Positions 56,401 to 64,000 of a DNA stretch of 64,000 nucleotides are shown in pieces. Position numbers and translations under genes: made by a program. This stretch comes from Arenicellales bacterium (GTDB lineage Bacteria; Pseudomonadota; Gammaproteobacteria; Arenicellales; JAJDZL01), in NCBI GenBank assembly GCA_965220725.1, contig OZ244840.1:1268180-1332179 (forward strand), written 5' to 3'. The notes beneath the pieces were generated by a model, which had not been told where the DNA came from, made no database searches, and was given only the letters and a program-made list of their open reading frames with translations. Position 1 is the stretch's first letter; each line of letters starts with the position of its first letter.

Positions 56401-57247
56401 GCGGTTGGGCGCCTATGCCCGCCTGATGCGGCTGGACAAGCCGATTGGCAGTCTGTTGTTGCTGTGGCCGACACTGTGGGCGGCCTGGGTTGCGGGTGAC
56501 GGTTCGCCCGAGCCGCACATTGTGCTGATCCTGGTGATCGGCGTCTTTGTCATGCGCTCGTGTGGCTGTGTGCTCAACGATCTTGCCGACCGGAAGTTCG
56601 ACTCCCATGTCGAGCGCACGCGCGAACGGCCCCTGGCCACCGGCGAGGTGTCCGTGCGCGAGGCGCTGGCGCTGATCGGCGTGCTGGCCCTGATCAGCCT
56701 GATTCTGGTGTTGTTCCTGAACACCTTGTCGATCATTCTGGCCGCGGTCGGCCTGTTTCTTGCGGCGTCCTATCCACTGCTCAAGCGATTCACCAACCTG
56801 CCCCAGTTTTATCTGGGTATTGCGTTCGGCTGGGGCATTCCCATTGCCTTTGCCGCGCACCAGGAGACGGTGCCGCTGGTGGGATGGCTGCTGCTTGTCG
56901 CCAATGTGGTGTGGGCGGGTGCTTACGATACGTTCTATGCGATGGTGGACCGCAACGACGACCTTCGAATCGGTGTGAAGTCACTTGCCGTTTTGGCTGG
57001 CACGCATGACAGGCTGATCATCGGTTTGTGCCAGGCTGCAACGCTGGTCATTTTGGTCATCGTGGGCGGCATGGAACAGCTCAATGGCTATTACTATCTT
57101 GGACTGGTCGGAGCCGCGCTGGTCGCGGTCTGGCATCAGTATTCGTGCAGGGAGGATGACCGGGACAAGTTCTTCGCGGCGTTTCTCGGCAACAGCTGGT
57201 TTGGCGCCATGGTGTTTGGCGGATTGGTGCTCGCGTACTTGAAGTAA
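56381..57247 (+). CDS. ubiA: 4-hydroxybenzoate polyprenyltransferase
   Basis: RLMRLDKPIG..LLLWPTLWA, NDLADRKFD..V.RT..RPLA.G. GTG start overlaps the recG end by 20 nt. Confidence 0.92.
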   Translation: MSTVLSERLGAYARLMRLDKPIGSLLLLWPTLWAAWVAGDGSPEPHIVLILVIGVFVMRSCGCVLNDLADRKFDSHVERTRERPLATGEVSVREALALIGVLALISLILVLFLNTLSIILAAVGLFLAASYPLLKRFTNLPQFYLGIAFGWGIPIAFAAHQETVPLVGWLLLVANVVWAGAYDTFYAMVDRNDDLRIGVKSLAVLAGTHDRLIIGLCQAATLVILVIVGGMEQLNGYYYLGLVGAALVAVWHQYSCREDDRDKFFAAFLGNSWFGAMVFGGLVLAYLK

Positions 57248-57258
57248 AATTCCAGGTC

Positions 57259-57633
57259 ATGCAGGAAGCAGTCATTGGAATTCACATCGCAAGTGCCCTC
57301 GGCGCACTGGTGCTTGGTACGGTGGTATTGGCGATGCCCAAGGGCACGCCGCAGCACAAGCTGATGGGGCGCTCGTGGGTGGTGATGATGTTGGTTGTCA
57401 CGGTCGGCTCGTTCAGTATCAGGATGATTGAGGACGACGGTGCGATGAGTTGGATTCATGGGTTGTCCATTTTCACACTGGTTGCCATGGTTTATGCGAT
57501 TGTCATGATCCGGCGCGGTAATCGCCGCGCACATCTTTCGGCGATGATCGGATGTTTCATCGGTGTCATCGTTGCCGGTGCGTTCACGTTGCTGCCGGGC
57601 CGGATGATCGGCGAATTCTTTTTTGGCGGCTGA
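57259..57633 (+). CDS. Small inner-membrane protein (about 4 TM), function unknown
   Basis: Hydrophobic segments throughout. No recognisable catalytic motif. Confidence 0.5.
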   Translation: MQEAVIGIHIASALGALVLGTVVLAMPKGTPQHKLMGRSWVVMMLVVTVGSFSIRMIEDDGAMSWIHGLSIFTLVAMVYAIVMIRRGNRRAHLSAMIGCFIGVIVAGAFTLLPGRMIGEFFFGG

Positions 57634-57746
57634 GAAACTTCCGGTTGAGCGATTCTGTTGTTTTGGGGAGTCTGGGGAGTTGGTGTGTGAATCGTTCCAC
57701 TTCCTGTCTGTATCCGGGTCAGTCGTGCGTTTCCGAATAACCGTCG

Positions 57747-58589
57747 ATGAGTGACATTTTTGATTTTGAGCGTCGTAGGTTGCTCTATGCGGTGTTTGGA
57801 AATCCCATTTCGCATAGCAAGTCGCCCCTGGTGCATGCACTGTTTGCCCGGCAATTCAACATTGAACTGGAGTACCGGGCGGAACATGTGGACATTGGCG
57901 GGTTTGAGCAGGCTGTCAGCGGATTTCAGGCCGGCGGCGGACACGGTCTCAACGTCACAGTTCCTTTCAAACTGAATGCATGGAAGCTGTCAGACCGGCT
58001 CAGTGATCGGGCGCTGTTGGCTGAGGCGGTCAATACGCTGACCCTGGGCAGCGAGATCTGTGGTGACAATACGGATGGGATCGGACTTGTGACGGATATC
58101 GAGCACAACCTCGGGGTCAGCATCGAGTCCGCAAGACTGTTGCTGATCGGCGCCGGCGGCGCGGTGCGCGGGGTGATTGGAGAACTGCTCAATGCCCGAC
58201 CTGAATTCACATACATCGCCAACCGAACCAAGGACAAGGCGATCGCGCTGGCGGATCGCTTTGCCACGCTTGGCCCGGTTGCAGGTGGCGGGTTGGATGA
58301 GATCCGCGCCCGGCAATACGACATTGTCATCAACGCCACGTCGACCGGACTGACCGGTGAGATGCCTGACCTGCCTGAATCTGTCTTTTCCAACACCGAA
58401 CTGGCATATGACATGATGTACGGGCGCGAGCAAACCGGATTTTTACGGCTGGCCGAGCAAAGCGGTGTGGCCAGGATCTGTGATGGACTAGGCATGCTGG
58501 TGGAACAGGCGGCCGCGTCTTTCAACATCTGGCATCAGAAGCAACCCGAAACCGCTTCTGTCATCCAGGCCGTTCGCGAGCAACTGTAG
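57747..58589 (+). CDS. aroE: Shikimate dehydrogenase
   Basis: AVFGNPISHSKSP..H, LNVTVPFK, NTDG.G, GAGGA.RG. Confidence 0.92.
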   Translation: MSDIFDFERRRLLYAVFGNPISHSKSPLVHALFARQFNIELEYRAEHVDIGGFEQAVSGFQAGGGHGLNVTVPFKLNAWKLSDRLSDRALLAEAVNTLTLGSEICGDNTDGIGLVTDIEHNLGVSIESARLLLIGAGGAVRGVIGELLNARPEFTYIANRTKDKAIALADRFATLGPVAGGGLDEIRARQYDIVINATSTGLTGEMPDLPESVFSNTELAYDMMYGREQTGFLRLAEQSGVARICDGLGMLVEQAAASFNIWHQKQPETASVIQAVREQL

Positions 58590-58763
58590 ATTCTGTTTCC
58601 GTCCGAACAGCAACTCAGGATAATCGAGACCTTTTCCGTCAGTCTGACGTCAATCGGTTGGAAACAGATATTTTCATTGGAATTTAGGTAAAATTCACAA
58701 ACTAACAATTGATTGATATTCGAAAGAGGATATCTGTAACACATCAATGCAGGTAACAGTAGC

Positions 58764-59768
58764 ATGAAAAAATATTTATTGACTCCAATACTCTTGCTTT
58801 TTCTTGGCGGTACGGCATTGGCGCAGACATCGATCAAGTTTGCCAATGACTGGAAGTGGGAAGGACCAGCCGCGCCATTGCTGATGGCATGGGATACCGG
58901 ATTGTACAAAGCCGAGGGGCTGGATGTACAGATGGACACCGGCAAGGGCTCACTTGATGCGATTCCACGAGTGGCATCAGGCACCTATGAAATGGGCAAC
59001 GCGGACATCAACTCGCTGATCAAGTTCAGGGACAAGAATCCGGACCTCCCCGTGATGGCCGTGTTCATGATTTACAACGCACCGCCTTTCTCTATCGTTG
59101 GACGCAAGTCACTGGGTGTGAATTCACCGAAGGACCTTGAAGGCAAGATCCTCGGCGCACCGGCACCGGACGGCGCCTATGCGCAATGGAAGGCCTTCGT
59201 CAAGGCGAATGATATTGATGCCGACAAGGTCACCATTGAAAATGTTGGATTTCCGGTACGTGAACCGATGCTTGCCCAAGGCAATGTGCATGCAATTACA
59301 GGTTATTCGTTCTCGTCATTCATCAACCTGAAGGCCAATGCGGTACCCGAAGAGGATATTACAGTGTTGCTGATGCGCGATCACGGCCTGGACCTGTATG
59401 GCAATGTGATCATTGTCAATCCCGAATTCGCCAAGTCAAACCCTGATGCGGTGAAGGGGTTCCTCCGAGCGACAGTCAAGGGATTCCAGGCTGCTGTCGC
59501 AGACCCGGCCACCGCAGTGAAGCATGTCATTGCACACAATGACGTTGCACGCGAGGAGGTTGAGCTGGAAAGACTGCAGATGGCTATCGATCAGAACATC
59601 GTGACTGATGAGGTGCGTCAGAATGGTTTCGGCGCTGTTGACATGGCCCGCCTTGAGCGGTCGATGGATCAGATTGCCGATACCTATGAATTCACCGCCC
59701 GACCCGTTGCAGCGGATATATTCGATGCAAGCTTTCTGCCCGATGCGGCTGACAGAATGGTTCAGTAA
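58764..59768 (+). CDS. ABC transporter substrate-binding protein (NMT1/THI5-like; nitrate/sulfonate/taurine family)
   Basis: Signal peptide. First gene of a binding protein, ATPase and permease operon. Family-typical size of 334 aa. Confidence 0.8.
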   Translation: MKKYLLTPILLLFLGGTALAQTSIKFANDWKWEGPAAPLLMAWDTGLYKAEGLDVQMDTGKGSLDAIPRVASGTYEMGNADINSLIKFRDKNPDLPVMAVFMIYNAPPFSIVGRKSLGVNSPKDLEGKILGAPAPDGAYAQWKAFVKANDIDADKVTIENVGFPVREPMLAQGNVHAITGYSFSSFINLKANAVPEEDITVLLMRDHGLDLYGNVIIVNPEFAKSNPDAVKGFLRATVKGFQAAVADPATAVKHVIAHNDVAREEVELERLQMAIDQNIVTDEVRQNGFGAVDMARLERSMDQIADTYEFTARPVAADIFDASFLPDAADRMVQ

Positions 59769-59773
59769 ACAAC

Positions 59774-60565
59774 TTGAACGCGTTCGTTGAGATTGAGGAT
59801 GTCTCGCTGCGGTACCGGGCTCAGCATGGCAATGAGAGCACACTCGCAGTCGAGCATCTCAATCTACAGGTCAATCAGGGAGATTTTGTTGCCGTAGTCG
59901 GCCCGTCAGGCTGTGGCAAGTCCACCCTGATGAAGCTCGCGACGGGATTGCATTTTCCGACCGAGGGATCCGTTCGCCTGGATGGCGAGCAGGTCGATGG
60001 TCCTGTTTCCATCGCAGGCATGGCGTTCCAGAATCCGGTAATGCTGCCGTGGCGGCTGACCCGAGACAATGTGCTGCTGCCGATGGAGGTCGTGAGTCCG
60101 CATCGGCAACGAATCAGAAGAAACCGTAGCGGTTACCGCCAGCAGGCCGACGAGCTTCTGGCCTCTGTTGGCCTGGAAGGTGCCGGCGGGCAGTATCCGT
60201 GGCAGTTGTCCGGTGGCATGCAGCAACGGGCATCTTTGTGCCGGGCCCTGATCCATGATCCGCAGTTGCTGATGCTGGACGAGCCGTTTGCCGCGTTGGA
60301 CGCATTCACCCGCGAGGAGTTATGGTGTGTCATCCGCGATCTGCATCTGCAAAAGCAGTTCACGACCATCCTGGTCACCCACGATCTGCGCGAGGCGGTG
60401 TTCCTCGCCGATACGGTTTATGTCATGAGTGCGCGTCCTGGCAGGGTGATTGTATCGAGGGAGATTCCCATTCCCAGGCCGCGACCGATCGAGGTGACCT
60501 ATGAACAGGAATTTGCCGAGCTCACACAGGAATTGCGGGGTCACATCGCCGAAGCACGCGGTTAG
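59774..60565 (+). CDS. ABC transporter ATP-binding protein (NitT/TauT family)
   Basis: GPSGCGKST, LSGGMQQRASLCRAL, LLMLDEPF.ALD. Confidence 0.9.
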   Translation: MNAFVEIEDVSLRYRAQHGNESTLAVEHLNLQVNQGDFVAVVGPSGCGKSTLMKLATGLHFPTEGSVRLDGEQVDGPVSIAGMAFQNPVMLPWRLTRDNVLLPMEVVSPHRQRIRRNRSGYRQQADELLASVGLEGAGGQYPWQLSGGMQQRASLCRALIHDPQLLMLDEPFAALDAFTREELWCVIRDLHLQKQFTTILVTHDLREAVFLADTVYVMSARPGRVIVSREIPIPRPRPIEVTYEQEFAELTQELRGHIAEARG

Positions 60566-60574
60566 ATTTTAACA

Positions 60575-61363
60575 ATGAACGATACAAAATCCGGAACCAT
60601 CCAGCTGGACTGGGTGAAATTGTCACCATGGCTTTGCACCATCGGTCTTTTCGCGATCTGGGAACTCGTCGTTCGGCTGTTTGGCATCCCCTACTACATC
60701 CTGCCTGCGCCTTCCCACATTGCATTTGCGATGTACGAGTTCTGGGGTGCCCTGTGGTCGAATTCCATTCAGACCCTGTGGACCACACTGGCCGGTTTTG
60801 CACTGGCGATCGTATTCGGGCTGATGCTGGGGTTGTTCATCGGCTGGGACAAGCGGATCTATGCCGGACTGTATCCGTTGATGATTGGATTCAACTCAAT
60901 TCCGAAGATTGCGGTTGTGCCGATTCTGGTGTTGTGGTTTGGTGCTGGTTGGCTGCCTGCGGTCCTGACCGCGTTTCTCATCTCATTTTTTCCGATCGTG
61001 GTGAATGTTGCGACCGGACTGGCCACGATCGAGCCGGAGATGGAAGATGTGTTGCGGGCACTGGGTGCCAAGAAGCTCGACATCATGACCAAGGTGGGTA
61101 TTCCGCGCTCGCTGCCTTACTTTTTCGGTGCGCTGAAAGTTGCGATTACGCTGGCATTCATTGGGTCGGTGCTGTCTGAAACCATCGCCGCCAACTCAGG
61201 AATCGGTCATATGATGCTCACTGCGCAGGCGAACTTCGAGGTGCCGCTGGTGTTCGCGTGCCTGATCGCCCTGGCCATCGAGGGGATTGGCATGTATGCA
61301 TTGATGGCCGGTCTGGAACAGAAGATGACCGGCTGGGCACATCGTTCGGGGTTCAACCGCTAA
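60575..61363 (+). CDS. ABC transporter permease (NitT/TauT family)
   Basis: Six TM segments and an EAA-like loop (ALGAKKLDIMTKVGIPRSLPY). Confidence 0.88.
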   Translation: MNDTKSGTIQLDWVKLSPWLCTIGLFAIWELVVRLFGIPYYILPAPSHIAFAMYEFWGALWSNSIQTLWTTLAGFALAIVFGLMLGLFIGWDKRIYAGLYPLMIGFNSIPKIAVVPILVLWFGAGWLPAVLTAFLISFFPIVVNVATGLATIEPEMEDVLRALGAKKLDIMTKVGIPRSLPYFFGALKVAITLAFIGSVLSETIAANSGIGHMMLTAQANFEVPLVFACLIALAIEGIGMYALMAGLEQKMTGWAHRSGFNR

Positions 61364-61426
61364 CGGTCAGGGCATCCCCGTCAGGTTCGGGATGGTCTGA
61401 GCCAAGACGCCAACTGCAGGTTGTCG

Positions 61427-61798
61427 TCACCTGTTCTTCATTCCATCGGCATATCTGAACACTGCATCCAAACCCTGGACGCTTTCCATCTGCTTTGCCG
61501 GAACGCCGTTTGTCATGCCATTGGGTGAGTGCATGAAGCGCTGAATCCAGACTTCATCCTCTCCCATCAGTGTGGATAATGCGCTGGCGACGCGAATCAG
61601 CAGTGCTGCCAGTTCCCCCTGTTTGGATTTCGGGTCCAATGAGGTTTTTTGTTTCAGACGATAGATGGTCGTTCGATGAACGCCGATGACCTTTGCCAGA
61701 TTCGCCGGCTTCAAACCAAGTTGCACAGAGGCCCTGAGAACGGCTTTTGCCAACACCACATCGTGACTTGGTCTTTGGGTATTGCCTGTTGGTTCCAT
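61427..61798 (-). CDS. Xre-like HTH plus DUF2384 antitoxin (ParS/MbcA type), apparently without a partner toxin
   Basis: HTH segment LKPANLAKVIGVHRTTIYRL. C-terminal DUF2384-like segment W...F..PN....G..P...M.S..GL..V. Confidence 0.65.
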   Translation of the reverse strand: MEPTGNTQRPSHDVVLAKAVLRASVQLGLKPANLAKVIGVHRTTIYRLKQKTSLDPKSKQGELAALLIRVASALSTLMGEDEVWIQRFMHSPNGMTNGVPAKQMESVQGLDAVFRYADGMKNR

Positions 61799-61868
61799 GG
61801 TATCACCTACAAGAAATCATCACTGTTTCCCCTATTGTACTTTCAAGTCCGCGGACGCATGAAGCGAC

Positions 61869-63215
61869 TTATCTCATCGTCACAAACTCTTCGGATACGG
61901 TCGGATGAATGGCGACCGTGTTGTCGAAATCCTGCTTGCGCGCCCCCATCTTCACCGCGACCGAAAAACCCTGGATGATCTCGTCGGCAAAGTCCCCGAT
62001 GACGTGACATCCGACAATCTGCTCCTCGGCGCCCTTGGTCACCAGCTTCATCAAGGTGGGAGAACTGCGACTTGTGACCTGATAGTACATGTTCTTGAAC
62101 TCACTGGTGTAGACCTTGATTTGTTCTCCGAACTCGGTACGTGCGGCTTCCTCACTCAATCCGACAGTTCCAATCGGTGGATGGCTGAAGATGACGGTTG
62201 GTATGTTCCCGTAGTCCAGGTGGCTGTCGGTCTTTCCGCCAAACAGCCGATCAGACAGTTTTCGTCCGGCTGCGATTGCGACCGGCGTCAGTGGCGCGCG
62301 GCCGGTGACATCGCCGATGGCATAGACGCCCTGCTGGGAGGTATTCTGAAACTTGTCGGTGTCGATGAATCCGCGGGCGTTCTGATTGATCTGGGTGTTT
62401 TCAAGACTGAGTCTGTGCGTATTTGGAATACGGCCGATGGCAAAGATGAAATCGTCAACATCATCAATCTGTGATTCATCGTTCAACTTGACTGTCAGGC
62501 CCGAGTCGGTCTTCTCCAACGCGGTCACCGACGTGTTGGTCAGAAACTTAACGCCGCTGCGTTCCATCTCAGACATCACGATGGAGGTCAGCGATGAATC
62601 GAATCCGCGCAGCAGCTGATCCTTGCGCAACACCATGATCACCTCACTGCCGAGGCCATGCAGCATGCCGGCAAACTCTGTGGCGATATAACCGGCTCCG
62701 GTAATCACAACCTTCTTCGGCAGCCGCTGCATTTCGAAAAAACCATCACTCGTGATACCGAGTTCCGACCCCGCAATGTCCGGTACCATCGGACGGGTTC
62801 CGGTCGCAATCAGGATATGAGGTGCCTCGTAGGTTTTCCCACCCACCTCGATGGTGCGTTCGGATTCGAATCGGGCGGAGCCGAGTATCGTCTCGACACC
62901 GGCATTGTCCAGATTGTTGGCGTAGATCTGGTTGAGGCGCGCAATGTAATCGTCTCGGGATTGCTTGATTTTCGCCCAATCAAAATCATGATGGCCGATT
63001 GAGAATCCGTAGTCCGGGGCATCTTCAAGCATCTCGGCGATTCTTGAGGTCGTCCACATCACCTTTTTCGGTACGCATCCGACGTTGACGCAGGTTCCGC
63101 CGAGTTTTGCGGACTCGATGACGGCACACGTGGCCCCGTACTCACTGGCCCGCCTTGCGGCTGCAATACCGCCGCTGCCGGCTCCGATAACGATCATGTC
63201 AAATTTCTTGTCCAT
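61869..63215 (-). CDS. gor: Glutathione-disulfide reductase
   Basis: IGAGSGGIAAARRA, redox-active GGTCVNVGCVPKK, C-terminal HPT.SEE. Confidence 0.93.
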   Translation of the reverse strand: MDKKFDMIVIGAGSGGIAAARRASEYGATCAVIESAKLGGTCVNVGCVPKKVMWTTSRIAEMLEDAPDYGFSIGHHDFDWAKIKQSRDDYIARLNQIYANNLDNAGVETILGSARFESERTIEVGGKTYEAPHILIATGTRPMVPDIAGSELGITSDGFFEMQRLPKKVVITGAGYIATEFAGMLHGLGSEVIMVLRKDQLLRGFDSSLTSIVMSEMERSGVKFLTNTSVTALEKTDSGLTVKLNDESQIDDVDDFIFAIGRIPNTHRLSLENTQINQNARGFIDTDKFQNTSQQGVYAIGDVTGRAPLTPVAIAAGRKLSDRLFGGKTDSHLDYGNIPTVIFSHPPIGTVGLSEEAARTEFGEQIKVYTSEFKNMYYQVTSRSSPTLMKLVTKGAEEQIVGCHVIGDFADEIIQGFSVAVKMGARKQDFDNTVAIHPTVSEEFVTMR

Positions 63216-63275
63216 ACCTGCTCCGTCGAGATGTTCACAATTACGGTTGGGTTGTTAGTTGGGATTATGGTTTGT

Positions 63276-64000
63276 TTATGGGATGTCGGGTGCGGTTTCG
63301 AGCAACAGTCCGGCATTGCCACCCGCTGCAGTCGTATCGATGCAAATGGACTTTTCAACACTGAACTGCCAGGGTGCGTTCTGATCGGTGATGAAGCTCA
63401 CAATAGTGCCCGGACGTCCGGCAAGTTCAATGCGGAAAATTCTCATCAACTCCTCTGGGCAATTCTCAAAAGCCATGCCGCTTAGATGTTCTGACAGCTC
63501 AAGTGTCTGGGTGTCCGGCAGATGATCGGTACAGATAACCGGTATCCCCCTCGACTTCAATTCGGCAGCGAATTCCCTGTCCGGATGCACAAAGAGCACG
63601 GCATTCCCCGCGGCCAGTGCATCGATGACATGTTTCGGGGAACCAACGCAGATGAAAACACCCCTGGGTTCCAGATGGAGTTGGTTGCTTTCGCCGGTTG
63701 GTCCTTTCAGGATTCTCAGGGTTTGAATGGCAGCATCATACCGGTCGACATGCTCAAGCAACGTCGGATGTCCTGATAGTGCTGTCCTGAGCTGATCGAT
63801 CCGGTCCCGGGTGGAGCGCCATGCAACCTGCCAGTCGGCGAGTTGCTTTAAGTCCGATTGCAGATCGGTCCGCTGAATTTCGGTTCCGATCAACTCTTTT
63901 TCTTGCACCTTGCCAAAACTCATCATTCTGGCAACGTAATGCGGCCCGCCCGCTTTGGGGCCGGTACCCGACAGCCCTCTGCCACCAAAAGGCTGGGATT
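63276..64000 (-). CDS. putA: Bifunctional proline dehydrogenase/P5C dehydrogenase PutA, 3' end (partial; continues beyond the window)
   Basis: The frame is open to the window edge. Upstream of the first Met of the track ORF it reads QPFGGRGLSGTGPKAGGPHYV (aldehyde-dehydrogenase C-terminal motif). The protein ends with the PutA-typical ..IDTTAAGGNAGLL. Confidence 0.85.
   Translation of the reverse strand, partial: SQPFGGRGLSGTGPKAGGPHYVARMMSFGKVQEKELIGTEIQRTDLQSDLKQLADWQVAWRSTRDRIDQLRTALSGHPTLLEHVDRYDAAIQTLRILKGPTGESNQLHLEPRGVFICVGSPKHVIDALAAGNAVLFVHPDREFAAELKSRGIPVICTDHLPDTQTLELSEHLSGMAFENCPEELMRIFRIELAGRPGTIVSFITDQNAPWQFSVEKSICIDTTAAGGNAGLLLETAPDIP

Noticed and set aside
63276-63926. 216-aa ORF that the track presents as an independent gene
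   Set aside because: The frame stays open upstream to the window edge and there encodes the aldehyde-dehydrogenase motif QPFGGRGLSGTGPKAGGP. It is the C-terminal part of putA, not a separate gene.

Overview
64-kb origin-proximal chromosomal segment of a moderately GC-rich gammaproteobacterium. The class III PhaC/PhaE pair closely resembles Chromatiaceae-type enzymes, but that taxon is only a guess. The backbone is housekeeping: rnpA-rpmH, dnaA-dnaN-gyrB, apaH-apaG, mlaA, gcvH, coaX, priA-argS, PHA genes (phaC-phaE, phaB, phaR), prmB, rpmE, rho, trxA, bioB and bioF-bioD-bioA, rpoZ-spoT-ridA-recG-ubiA, aroE, a NitT/TauT-type ABC importer, gor and the 3' end of putA. Accessory or unusual material: (1) an intact IS1380-family element with 21-bp inverted repeats and a 5-bp target duplication, just upstream of the rpmH core promoter. 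(2) A 1127-codon autotransporter (FN3 domain plus four Ig-like repeats) whose SD, ATG and signal peptide are put out of frame by a G10 tract, making it a phase-variation candidate. (3) A 1.44-kb ORF-free spacer in front of dnaA. (4) An Rpn/YhgA-type PD-(D/E)xK nuclease gene followed by a decaying tandem array of copies of its own 3' end; one copy keeps an open 132-codon C-terminal-domain ORF. (5) Two solitary beta-class SPPY DNA methyltransferases, one bracketed by 11-bp direct repeats inside the PHA cluster. (6) A ferritin-like di-iron protein (E...ExxH twice) translationally coupled to bioB, in a biotin cluster with no bioC or bioH. Several components also appear orphaned: a Mo-hydroxylase large subunit, an Xre/DUF2384 antitoxin without a RES toxin, and a lone gcvH. 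No rRNA, tRNA or CRISPR array was seen. All calls rest on motif recognition by eye from the ORF track and sequence; no database search was possible.
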